Below, in pieces: positions 22,873-35,590 of a DNA stretch of 64,000 nucleotides. The DNA lies in the NCBI GenBank assembly GCA_030704615.1, contig CM060732.1:79546001-79610000 (forward strand). The letters are read 5' to 3'. The notes beneath the pieces were generated by a model. The model saw nothing but the letters and a program-made list of their open reading frames with translations, ran no database searches and had not been told where the DNA came from. Each line of letters starts with the position of its first letter. Position 1 is the first letter of the stretch. The stretch is from Takakia lepidozioides. Taxonomy: Eukaryota; Plantae; Bryophyta. Made by a program: the position numbers and the translations under genes.

Positions 22873-23388
22873 TGTGGAGATGGCGTTGCAGGAAGACCGG
22901 ACATGAAAAGAAAGAATCTTAAGGATGGGAAAGGACAGAGGTATCAATTGAATTTGTTACTTGACTCATGTACTGGCATCCCAGATCAAAGGCCATCATA
23001 TTCAGAGGAATGATTCAAGAATTGATCATAACATTATGCATGACTTGATACATGAAAATCTGATACATTCATTTTGAAGATGAGGAAACTTTCTATGAGA
23101 CAGACCGCAACTTATATATCCTTGTCTTCCCCTCCACGACTATCGATGCCCCTACATGCGTACAGAGGTTAGGAACACCCATGTTCTAGAGAGGGCTCAG
23201 GCTGTTTCTTGACTGCAGTATTCAACTTGCCACATATCCTCACTTCAAGAGAAATCATCATCTTTCCGCAGGTCTCACCATCTGAATACTATCCAGGAAG
23301 GGAACAGAGGCCGATATGAGAGAATGACATGCCTCTTCTTTCCATGAAAAACAGAATGGGAAGAGAGAGGGAGAGTGAGATAGAGAGT

Positions 23389-23470
23389 GACGTTGTTTGC
23401 CGTAGCCTTGTGGCCATAGACCCCGTGCCTAGTTCAATGGGCGAAACACAGAGAGATAGAGAGAGGGAGC
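23389..23470 (+). repeat. Short dispersed repeat with GA-rich tail (also about 35049, 35686, 35802, 42943)
   Basis: Core GACGTTGTTTGCCGTAGCCTTGTGGCCATAGACCC, seen five times. Confidence 0.7.
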
Positions 23471-24170
23471 TTGAAGGGGGTTGGGGAGCAGTTGCTCAGA
23501 TAAGACCCCCCTTTATTACCTGTAATCACTACTGTGTCCTTGAAGATGGCAGATTTATGAAGAAACAAAAAAGTCTACACTTCCCTGCAATGAATCTCAA
23601 TGCTTCCATCTGAGTTCTATAATTCATATAGCTCCATAATGGTCTAACATTTTGCTGAGTCCTTAACTTACAACATGTGACCTGTAAATTCTATAAACCC
23701 CTATGATGAAACTTCACCTGGGGAATTATAAGCTTCAGGAGCCTGATCTGTAATCCGAATCCTCATTATATACATGTCACTTAAAGCTCCATCTCTAGAA
23801 GTAGCACAAGAAACAACATATATGTCCTACATACAGCTTTATGCAGATTGTTTACATACTCTGTAAGGAGATATGTGGACCAGGTTATGTCTTTCTATAA
23901 TAGACTGTTCCTCGACTGTTCCCTGCTGTGGGTAGCAGCTCCTTTTGTAAACACATGCATGGCTTCAATCCAATATAGTAAGTAAGCCCCAAGTTAAAGC
24001 GCCTCTTAGATGCACAGGTGTGCGATTTTTCCAGTAGTCAGGAGAAGGGTTCTTCACCCTTGAGCAAGTCTTGTAGACCCAGATTGTGCTATTCTCTGTT
24101 GGGTAGCTGAACCCCATCCCCAAAGATTTTTGAGAATGTGATCCTAACCCCACTAGCATGGGAGGTCCAG

Positions 24171-24968
24171 CTATGTAGTATCTCGTCTTTTGTATGCCAT
24201 GGTAAATGAAGGGCCCGAACTTGCAGTCGAGATATCATAAGCTCCAGGCCCGGGACCTAAGTCCTTCTCTGTCCTAGGTTTTGAACCCTTGGAAGTGATA
24301 GAATAAGATGGACCTGAAGATCTGACGTCCGTGTTATAAGTTCCTGGTCCAGGTGTATTACTTTTGTCATTACTGAGGGTGTTTGATCCCATAGACAAGG
24401 AAGGAGGAGAGGAATTTGACCGCCTATGAGCTCCTGGCACTGGGATAGGTGAAGAGAGATCAGACGTCCTGGAGCTTATGCTGAAAGAGGGCCCAGTTTT
24501 GAGGTTTCTAGGGATGTTATACGCTCCAGGACCCGGACCGTGGCTGTTGTAGCTGGACGCAGAGCGTCCGCCCATAGAGAAAGAAGGTGCAGCTGTCTTG
24601 GTGGACCCAGTGTTCACAGCGTTGTAAGCTCCAGGGCCTGGCCCAGTTGAGCGTTCAATCTTATCTGACCCCCGCATGCCAAAGCTGAAGAATGGGCCAC
24701 GTTTGTTTGCTTCATAGACATCATATGACCCAGGACCTCTCCCCCATGTGTCCTGACTCGTTGGTTTTGCTCGCGAACCCATGGAAAATGCGGGACCAGA
24801 GGCCGAAACTACGGGGTTGTATGATCCTGGACCACGACGATTGTCGCCAGCCTTCAATTTCGTGCGCATGCCCATGGAGAAGGACGGCCCTGCTGTCCCA
24901 ATTGGCCTGATCTGATCGACGCTGTAAGTGCCCGGCCCAGGAGTTTTCTCTCTGCAGTCTCCTACCAT
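24171..24968 (-). CDS. ODF3/SHIPPO-repeat (sperm-tail PG-rich repeat) axonemal protein
   Basis: Seven PGPG(A/S/T)Y-type repeats, each followed by a P(S/A/F)(F/Y)(S/T)-type motif. First ATG at 24968. Upstream exons are possible. Confidence 0.85.
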   Translation of the reverse strand: MVGDCREKTPGPGTYSVDQIRPIGTAGPSFSMGMRTKLKAGDNRRGPGSYNPVVSASGPAFSMGSRAKPTSQDTWGRGPGSYDVYEANKRGPFFSFGMRGSDKIERSTGPGPGAYNAVNTGSTKTAAPSFSMGGRSASSYNSHGPGPGAYNIPRNLKTGPSFSISSRTSDLSSPIPVPGAHRRSNSSPPSLSMGSNTLSNDKSNTPGPGTYNTDVRSSGPSYSITSKGSKPRTEKDLGPGPGAYDISTASSGPSFTMAYKRRDTT

Positions 24969-27227
24969 GGTGTTAGCTTTTGGAGTTGAACCAGGTTGAA
25001 TCACGGTACATCAGATGAGCTGCGATATGTGACTGATGGAGAGAGTGTTTCACCTAAATGCAAGCCAAAAGCTGCGTCCGTTGGGCGCACATACTCGTAT
25101 GAGAGAGAGGGGTCGAAATTCAATGAGGAGAGAGATCAGGCGTGTAGCGATTTCTTCTGAGTGAAGCAGCTTCAGCTTGTCAACCCAATAATACCCCGGT
25201 CCGCTTCAATACTCGTGATACTTCATCATGTGACTCCCTTCAGAGTCTCGTACATGAATCAGCATTTGTAGTGTGCTGTTTCGTGAGAGAGAGGAGACAA
25301 CTAGTCGAAGACAGTGTGCATATAAGAAATGGATGGCAGTTGAAGTCAGCTGAATGGGAACTGTGACAGTTAAGAACCCATTTATATCTCTGTACCAGCA
25401 CTCCCACCCAATCACAATGCTCTCTCCTGCAACGGAAGACCAAGACTAGTGTGGGAACTCTCATAGAACAAGAAAAGGTTCTTCTTGAACTTGGGAACTT
25501 AGGTCAGAGATCATGGATTTTCGTAACGCCAGGTTGAGCCTTACCATATGAAGTGAGAGAGAGTCACTAACCACTCAGGATGGGGAACTACTAAGCTGAT
25601 GTTACCCACAATAGTTGAAAGATCCCACCAACCATACTTCGAATCCCCTTCTAACTGCCAAGCCCTTTCATACTTCCATGAAAAGGGCGCCTCTGTGCTT
25701 GTATGTCTTATCTGTCAATCTCAGAACCCATCTCCTTCTTTGGTAAATTATGCAAGTTCCCCCCGTCAAATTGTTCAGCAAGTACAGTGGCAAACAGAGT
25801 GACCTTCACCTGTTGCCATTCCCCGATCAATTCTTTTTCCGTATTTCTCATGAGGTCAATCGAGCAAGGAGTAGGTGGCATTGACAAGCACCCAAACTAG
25901 TGGGTTTTCTAGTACGCAGCTGCTGTATGTGGCTATCCCTGTCGTTGAAGAATGGGTTCCCTATGATATGCGTGACTAAAACCCTATAAGAGATGGTACC
26001 TGCAGCGAACATCTCTCTTTGATGAGTTGGAGAAGATTACCAGCAAGAAAAATCTGAATTGAGTGTTGTGGCCATGTTACCGAGCAAATGTCTGTGTGAT
26101 ATCCAGGTTAACAAGTCTATATTTTCTGGCTACAAATTTTGCTGAGTGTTCAGAAGATGGCGGCAGGGACTATCAAGTTGATAAACTGTATCCATGTACT
26201 GCCATTATAGGCACTGAAAGCAGACTCAAAGAAATGATTGTGGTTTGAGCTTGGAGATGGCAGAAGGCAATCCGAACCCTGTTGACCTAAAGAGGGAAAC
26301 TATGGGAACCACATTATTATCAAACAAACATTGAGACTCCCTCTTCTTGCATGCCGGCAGGATCAGTCACTGGGAGTTAGTCGAACTGGGCTGAGGACAG
26401 AATTTCCTCAGCAGATTGCAATGGGAAATCCGAGGCCACTCCCTTCCCATTCACTTGAGGCCAGCTGAATTTCTTGACTCTATACAAGCTGTTTTGACTG
26501 CGTACCTAGAGATATTTTATTCTCTCAGAGAACCAACTCGGCGTTGGCACAGGTTCAAATTGGAATTGATTCACCCCGTAGTCGATATTGGGCAAGCCTA
26601 AGCCATGCAAAATGCTTCAACAATACAGTGCCAGCATTCGCCTGCATGACAGAGAGGAAATTCTATCATGGGAGGTACACACTCTCGCGACCATGTTATT
26701 AGCCGCCCCCGCACTTCCTCGTCTGCGGAATGCAAGGATAAATGCCGCGATCCAAGTTCCGGTCCAGTCATCAAACGGAGAAGAAGCTGGGCTGTACAGG
26801 TACTACCTCACACCTCACTTCCCCTTCTCGATCATATTTCATGCAAGCTCGAAATCTGCTTAAATCGAAAGTGTGTGTATTGGAATGGGACGAAGGTGTG
26901 GTGTGGAGATATCTAATCCATGACGCACCTTTGAGGATTTAGGTCCCACGGTGCACTTACCGAAAATGAAGGCATGCGTAGGATTGCAACCCAGTATAGG
27001 AAGAATTTCAGACAATTCCATAACGCTCACACAGCCGACAACAATGAGATGAGAGGGGATTGAGCGATCTATACAGTAAGGCATGGTATGGAGGGTATGA
27101 TGTTCTGTCCAGCATTGGGGTTTGCAGAGAAAGAAATGAAATGAGAGGAACGGAAGAGAGACAAGCCAAGGAACTGGTGAAAAACTGGCAAGGGAAGGTA
27201 ACCAAGCAGACAGAAGTACTGATCTAG

Positions 27228-30200
27228 TGCTTCTAATGTACTTGACTTGGGAGTTGGTCTGAAGGACACTTCGAAATTCACGCAAAAGTCAATCAAAGAT
27301 ACCTTGCATTGTAAGCTTGAGGCCCTAGGCTCGTTCCGAGGATGCCGGTGCGAGGATTACTCACAGCAGAAGGGGAAAGGTGCTTTCATTGGTCTCCACA
27401 GCAACTGGGTCTCTCCTAACATTCTGGCTGCAGCGCGGCCATCAGATTGGCTACTCAGTGAACATCATCTTATTAGCCAGGTTCTTTTGAGCTCCCTCTC
27501 TCTCTCTCCCTCCATAAGCTCCTTGGGCTTTCCAAAGACACTAAGAAGTGCATTTTTCCTGCTTTCTTCCACAATCTCCTATGTTATGAAGTACCATTTC
27601 ATTTCATTTCCACAATCTCCTACAGTGACAGTCTAACAGCCACTTGCAAGATCAGTTTCCTTTCTTCACTTATGTCTTGCTCCAGACTTGTGAGTAAGGG
27701 GTCATTGCTCCCATGATATTCCAAAGTAGTGCAATGCCCTGCATGCCAAGCAAAAGGTGGAGAATCAACAAGGACCATACTGAAGCTTTCTACCAGCCCT
27801 GGTAATTCACAACTAGATAGATAACCTCAGCATCAAGCAGTCTGCCTTTTGTGAAGGAAACTATGGGGCAAACATCATGTTGTAATAACATAGGGACCTG
27901 CATCTGGGCAGTTCAAATCCTCTGGGATAAGCTCCATCTTCAATTTGCAAGAGCCAGGCGAGCATGCTACTTGTGGGCCTGGTGTCAATCACGACAGTGG
28001 ATTTTCATACACCCCCGAAGTCTTCATGGAAAACAATTGTCAGTAGTCCCCTCCCTCCTACCTTCACCATACCTTCACCAGGCTCCCATCTTTGTCCAGT
28101 GATTTAGGCTTAGTTCTAATACTGTGTCTGTTATGTGTTCATCCCATATGTTGTTTCTGTCTTCTTTTGTTTCTTTATATACATTTCTTTCCCTCTTTCT
28201 CTCTCCCTTTCCCACCTTGACACTCTGGTTTGAAAATTAGTGGGATTTGACGATTACGTAGGAACCAGATTCTCCATATGATAGTGCCTTTTGTCTCAGG
28301 GGTCACAACTGTAGGGGTTTAGAAGTACCTAAATCAATCAACTGTTGGGTGGAGAGGGTAGATATCAGGAAGAGCACAAGTGCATGTGGTTGGGGAGAGA
28401 AATGAAATGAAATGGTGCTTTATAACGTCCACGGAAAGCTCATAGAGCTTATGGGACAAAATGGAAGAAAACATGAGAGAGGAAGAAATCCAGAAACCAA
28501 GAATAACAATTAATGTTCTAGCGATTGTCTAAGGGTGAAGGCCTCGTGCAGGTAGGCTGCCAAGCATTTTTGATCCTCATAGTGGAGAGAGAAAGACCAT
28601 TTAGTAGATTCTCTGGGGTTGAATCCCTGTGCAGTTCAGTGACATTATTACTTCATTTCAAGAGGATGACATGTTAGAATGGAAGGGGGGTGCAGTATAC
28701 TACTACAACTATCCATGGAGGGACATGCAGTGCCCCAGCATGGAGCATTGCCTTGATATCTGTCAAGTCATGGTCTCCCGCATTTCCCTAGGAGAGAAGG
28801 TCAGACCCTTATATTTGTTACACAGAAACAGCAATTCCTCACCTTGAATTGGGTGGCATACTCTGAAGTGAAGGATAGAGGTTACCACGAAAATGGAACG
28901 TCCCCTTACTAGCGGGAACCCTTTCTGCAAATGCTAACACTCTAAAGAAATCACAGCCATCTAATCACTGGTTTTGCAAGATACATGGACCTTAAACCAA
29001 AATCTACTGTTTTTGTATCTGTTCTGGCCAAACATGTAATGACTAGGGAGAGGCTTTGTTTGGAATGTGGGGGTTTTTCTTGGGGCGCTTCACACAGGTT
29101 GCAGTGCACTGCCATTCAGGGCTGGGTGAGCATGCATCACATCTGTGCCTGTTACGACCACTGCCCACCATGCTCTTGCTGTCTTTCCTCTGCCTCTTTA
29201 CTACCGAAGCTTCCCATCTCACTCCATTCTTCCCTGGCCACGCTTTATGCAGAGACTGAATTGGAAACACATTGTAGTATATGTTCTGTGTTCTCTTTCA
29301 TTGGGCTTTCCATACACATAGATGTCTAAATGCAGATAACCATCTGAGATCTATGATGCCTTCATAGAAGATTCAGCTTGTTCACAGCCTTAGAAGTATT
29401 TCACAATGTTGTATCCCTTGATAAAAAAAATGGATGAACCCATTTTGACTGCCAAAGGAACATGAATTGTCTGGAGTTGCCCTCCCCCAACTCCCCATAC
29501 TCTCTTATATTTATGTAAGAAATATTCAACATTCAGCTATTCACTTCAAGATTGGTCCACTTGGGCTTTGCGATGGCAGTGATGACCAGCTAACCAGATT
29601 CTCAGCCAAGTTTTAAATAACTGACAAATTATTCTTCACATTAACGACTGATGGAAAGTCCTGGTTGTGATATTCAGGGCGCACTGGGCTCATCATTGCA
29701 TGTTACTTTGTCTACACCAACCACTGCCATACCTTCGATGAGGTATGTGTCTTTGCATGTGTAGAGTCTAACCAGAATGTGATGCAGCAGCCTATGTGCA
29801 CAGGCCATGTGAGAGGGCTCATATTTACTTGCAAGTGTCTTTCTACACAGATAAATATGTCAAAGACCGGGAGAGAGAGAGAAAGAGTTTGTGTGCATGT
29901 AGTTGCAGTACCAGTGGGATGAGGCAGAACCACACACACAACAAAGCCCGAGACCTGCCTCTATTATAGCTCATGGCCCTTCCTCTGCAAAAAATGAAAA
30001 TAAAACAATTAGAGAGGGTGTGTGGATAAGTAGTAGTTGCTGCCCAGGATTCTGCTTCTTCGGTTCCATTCTTTTTCTCAGAAGCTTTCTGTGCCTGGTC
30101 ACTCTTCTCTGGTTAGCAGCAAGGGTGAACCGTGGGATATGCCACCTGCTGCTGACCGGGGTTGCGTCTCCACCTGTTATGACACTTATTGACACTTATG

Positions 30201-33200
30201 ACACTTAAGTCATATCTCTTCATCTCTTATTTACTATAGATTTATTTGGTCTCTCAGTATTGACAGTACCATAGAACAGCACCTAATCAATCTGTTTGGG
30301 AAAGATGCAGACAAAGAGAGGTTAATGAAGGGTCACATTTTGGTTTTCATTTTGACAAATTTGGGGTTTGGGTGGTGACTGGATGGCAGGCAATACGAGC
30401 CGTGCGCGATTCTAGGTATGCATGCTATTCCCTTCAAAATGATATATTGGCTACTATTATGTTGGGGACCTTTGGCCATATACTTGCATATTCATTCCCC
30501 TCCTTGTATTTCTTGCTCTTCAAATGGATGCAATGGGATCTTGTAAGCTTGATAAGATGAGCTCAACCATGATCAGTAAGGCCTGGTCCTCAAAGACTCG
30601 CACTGCTTTCCACTCAATGATTTTTAGGGCCCCTTCACCACCCTACTTCCCGCATCCAAAGGCCATTTTGTGAACTCTTCCATCCTGTAGCTTTACGATT
30701 TGTTGTATGCCCTGAGTCAGACTCCATATCATGAAGGGTACCATTCCAGAACCTTGCAACTAGAACTTTCTCTAACATCATCTGAAATACTATGATTGTA
30801 GAAATGCTGAGTGGATGCTTCTCCGGTGCAGACCTGGATCACTGCCAACCCGTAGTCAAGTACAGCATGTGAAGCATTTTGAGGACTGGTTGAAAGATCT
30901 ACGCATTATTTTTGGGTATCCAAGACACTTCTATAAGACAGGCCAAGACCTACTTGGGTTCATGGTCCGGCAGCACAAGTTTTTGCATGGCCAAGAAGCC
31001 CGCGACCTGCGCTGCATACCCAAGGTCTCCCTCTCTTCTCCCTCTCTCTCAAGTATTTCTGGACAATCTTATAAAGTTGTCTCTCGCTGTCCATTTTGTT
31101 CTACTTGGTACCAGAGATACTGTGAACCTCCTGTGGCTATAGCAAACATCCTGTCTCGCCCGCTTCTTCTGGACATCGCACACCTTATCTCTTTCTTCTT
31201 GTGGACACAATATACGTCCTCCCTCTTCTCTTTGAGGTTCTTTCTTCAGGCAATCTCTTGAACAGTAGTTGCTTTTGGGCTGCTTTTGGCTCTCTCTTTG
31301 TGTGCTTTTGAGGCTATGGCAAACAACGTCTTATGAGTACATTTTTTGTGTGCTTTTGTCCTGCTCGTTATAAAGTACCATTCCATTTCGTTTCATTTCC
31401 CATAAGCTGTGTGAGCTCCCAGTGGACATTATAAAGTACCATTTCAGTCCATCTCATTCATTCTTTCTTTCTTTTCCCTCAACCATTCGAAACCAATACT
31501 AGCCTACAGCCAATGTCTCCAAAAACAATTTGGCAGGACTGCAACTGGATGATTCTCTAGGAAAATTCTGTGTTCATGCCTCTCAACAACCCCGAAGATG
31601 TTATAGGTTAAAATTCACAACCTTGTTCTTTGCTTCATGTAATATCAATCCTTACATTGGACTCTGCAGATTGTGTTTTGGATAACCAAGGACCTCATCA
31701 AGCGAACTAATTATGAAAGAGAAAAGAGGGAGAAGATTGCCATTGTATTTATGACAGAATTGGCATCCGAGTTTAAGACTCTGAAGGATTTCAAGTTCCG
31801 TAATCTTGTTACTGATGCCAAGGTCTTCTTCTAGCCCCACATATCCTGTCTTGTCCACACGACCTCTTTTTCTTCGACAGCTTGACTGGCAGTGCAATCA
31901 CAGCAGGTTTTTGTTTGGCTCTGAGCAAGCCATATGGCAATGCTGAGTTGAGTCCTATACACCCTGGTTGGCTGAAACCCCAAAACCGGCATCTATGGGT
32001 ACATGATGGCCAACCTTTGCAGGGGATGGTCATGGACTTGTCCGTTCCATCAAGCAAGAGTGGAAAGCTGGTCTGACCAACAATAAAAAGAAACAAGGAT
32101 GCCCATAGGGCCTATGGACACAGTAGAATTACAAGAGCTCTTAACAATTGAGTATTTTGTTTTTGAAAGTCCCATGATATTATGAAAAGACTGTGGCATC
32201 ACAGAAATGTATGAATGATCTTATCATGTGGATTACTCACAACCAAAATGCCTCGCTACACTCTGTCAACATTTTATGGGATGTCAGTGTTTGTGAGTCT
32301 GCGCATACAGGTCTCTCTCTTTGTTTGTGTGGATGAGAGCGTGGCTGGGTATCTTGTGAATGCAGCTAAGGTTGAATGCTGGCATATGGGATGATGTGGA
32401 GCTCCTAGACACGGAGGTGCTAGTGCACCTTTTGATTGATTGGCTTCGCCTTTTGCAGGTAGCTTTTCTAAATGTTCCTTCATCCCACATCTATAAAATG
32501 TTACATATTCCTGTCTTCCTGTAGTGAAAGCCCTTTGTGATCAGGTACAAGTTAATTCAACTCGAGCCGTCCCTACACTGTATGATCTTTTAGAGGCTGT
32601 GTAGAGACTCTTCCTCGGTGGACCCCAAGGACACCTGAGGAGCATGGTTGAATGGTGGATAAAGCAGACGTCACATGAAAAATAGCAGACGGCACTTTCA
32701 GGAAGTCCAAACAAACAGCTTCCATCAATGATTACCCTTCCAAGCCTATTCATTTTATGGCCTTCTGGAATTGCAGGAGCCAATAGTTCCTGACACAGTA
32801 CTATCATTGGCACTGGGCCGAGGAGAAATACAGGCAGCCGTATGGGAGCTTACCAAGTGTGGCAAGTGTACCCTTGCCACAATTCAAATATTGGCTTGCT
32901 GGATGTTTCAGGTCTCTCCTCTCCCTCTTCTCTATGGAAGACTATATTAGCACGGATCAGCATTCTTTATTTCATACAATGATGATACCGGCTCTGTAAC
33001 TGATTTACTGATATTTGTGAGCTCCATGGCCAGTTCTATGGCCTGAGTTACGGAACTTGGTGAGCGACAACACCATGACAGGTCTGGAAGGCTTAGTACC
33101 ATTTGGGGTGGAGACCAGCAATTATCAACAAGCTTATCAGAAATGCTTGGCAGCTTACCTGCACGAGGCACTCACCCTTTAGACAATCACTCGAGCAATA

Positions 33201-34305
33201 GTTTTTATCTTTGGCTCTGGTTTTGTTTCCTCTCTCATGTTTTCTTCCATTTTGTCCCATAAGCTCTATGAGCTTTCCACGGACATTATAAAGCACCATT
33301 TCATTTCATTTCTCCCTCTCTATGTGCCCTTATGGCCCACTGTCAAAGTTACACAGTTCCTTAGCTTTCTTTGCTTGTGTCAATTGATGTAGCCCTCGTG
33401 GCCCTGTGTGGACATCATAAAGTTTCTAGCTTTCTTTCTCTTTTGTAAAATGGTCCCTGGGAACACTTGGACGCTAGAAAACTGAGGCCTGAAAGGCAAC
33501 AAATATGCCAAAGGGTGATACCCTGTGAAAAGGAAGAACCACCTCACACCATGTGCCACCTCCAACAGTAGGCCAGGGCGTCAAGAGGCACAAAGGGCAG
33601 ATGCCCAAATTCATATTTCATGCACACAGAGCTGATGTGGCTACATGTGAACTGCAGATAGTACCAGTGAAGGCAAGCCTTATCCGGCGTCTGTACAGCG
33701 GATTGGCACATGTGTTGCTGCACCGATCAAGCCTCGAGGATGAGAAAGACAAGGGTTTGTTCAACCCAGGGATCTTACCAGGGAGTGTACCCTCCCAAGA
33801 CTCAAAAAATGATCCATCCTCGAAGCGTCGATCAACAATTTGGGGTAGAGATGCTTCTTTTACAAAGTACAAACCATCTCCTCTAGAAACTGAGTTCGGG
33901 TTGTTGTTAGAAGCTTCGGCGCGGTATTGGATCAAAGAGAACAAGATTGCTAGGGCGCAGCTCCAGGTTGCAAGGAGAGAGAGCTCCTTGCCCAACAATG
34001 GGGACACTCTCGTAGATCTTGCAGCCAGGGAGAAGAGACTGAAGGGACCTCTAAATGAAATTCTTGCTGGGGAACCATGGTTGAAAGACTGTGCAAGTTT
34101 GCAATTTGACAGTGAGGTTGGTTTGACCAACATCCATGCCACCCTCGCAACAAGCGAGGGACAGGCTTGGCAGCTGACTGAACCAACCAGCAGTCTCAGT
34201 GAAAAAGGAGGGCAGGCGCTTGGAGGGTCTAGCTTCAAGGGAGAGAGCCAAGCTCCGGTTTCATCAAAACCTCATCGGGGACGATCCTCGTACACATTTT
34301 GCTGA
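27228..34305 (+). CDS. PTPDC1-like protein tyrosine phosphatase (multi-exon)
   Basis: GT-AG exons with consistent phase: ?-27480, 27912-28038, 28696-28799, 29098-29125, 29678-29742, 30390-30415, 30832-31024, 31670-31822, 32366-32458, 32777-32911, 33658-34305. Motifs SNWVSPNILAAARPS, NLQEPGEHATCG, WRD and catalytic HCHSGLGRTG. The start exon was not located. Confidence 0.88.
28399..28586 (-). mobile_element. 3' fragment of the CATTT-tailed LINE, intronic
   Basis: Matches about 21603-21785. Confidence 0.85.
33136..33312 (+). mobile_element. 3' fragment of the CATTT-tailed LINE, intronic
   Basis: Reverse-complement match to the same 3' end. A smaller remnant lies at about 31370-31460. Confidence 0.85.
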
Positions 34306-35590
34306 CAGGGTTTGGCAGAGCCATCCACTAGATGATCTCACCAGTGTAACTTGAATGTGGCAGGGCCACCCTGTGAAAGTCCATCTTCCATTATCTTGGG
34401 GCTGATTGAGGTTCTACAGTAACAGGCCCTGCTGGACTTCATCATGCATTACATAATGTACCATTATTGGCAAAATTGGGGCTGGATGTTCCTCTGCCAA
34501 CTTCCAAGTGATTTTTCCTAACCTAATCCAGGTTAGGGAGTAGCCACAACTTTGGCCTCATGAAAGTCTGTTCTTAACTTCTGATATGAATGTCACAAAA
34601 GTTTCCACCCTGTAATAAAACTGAAGGGTCCTTTGCTTGAGGGGAACTGCTGGGGATCACTCTGTGTGAGGGCCTCATAGCACTACCTGGACAGCACCAT
34701 GTACAGATTTCATTACACTTGCGAACTATGCAGGGATAAGTAGGAATTTGAGCACATATCGTCAAACCTCTCTCTTCTTCAATCCAGAAAGGGCCAGAAG
34801 AAAAATGAAAGTAACCTTATAGAATAGGTGCTCCCCCAAGGGAGTTGAGGTTGATGGGGACGGGAGAGAAAGAAGGAAAGAGATTCTCTGACCACAGGAA
34901 GTTCAGAGACAGAGAGGGAGAGGGAAAAAGGCACTGCTTTGCTGTATCTGGGTTCCTGTCAGCCCTGCTGTCAGGTTGAACCAACGATGGGATGAAATGA
35001 AGATTAGGGAAGTTAGCTCTGCAAAGGAGACAAACCATCGGGAATGAGAGAATGTACTCATAAGATGTTGTTGGCCGTAGCGTGGCCATTGACCTCGTGC
35101 TCAGTTTGAGCGGAACACAATGGGACAGAAACCTTTGTCAGGGGCTGACTCTGGTAGTATGACTTACCTTAGAACAGACAATTGATCCGAGTTTTCCAGA
35201 TATCCTCTAGAAATCCCTTCACACAAGCTGAGAGAGCTATGCCCTTAGGATATAGCATGTTTTAAGCAAACGAAGCTGACCCAAACTAGACTGTTCCACT
35301 GGATTTGACAGCTCTACCTGCACAGCACCACTTGTAGTGGAAGTCACAAACTGCAGGACTGTAACGAAGCAACTGAATGTGGAGTATATCCCTTACAGAA
35401 GAGTCCCAGGAACATTTAGCTGCCACTACATCAGGACTGAGGATACAGGAGGTGGCTTGAATTAGGAAGTCACCGACTCTAAACATTCAGGGCCAAAATT
35501 CAGCTAAAGCTTCTGTGTAGTTACTGAGACTTTCTATGTGAGTATAAGATTGTACATTGCAATCTTGAACAAGACTTCGATGAAGATCCC

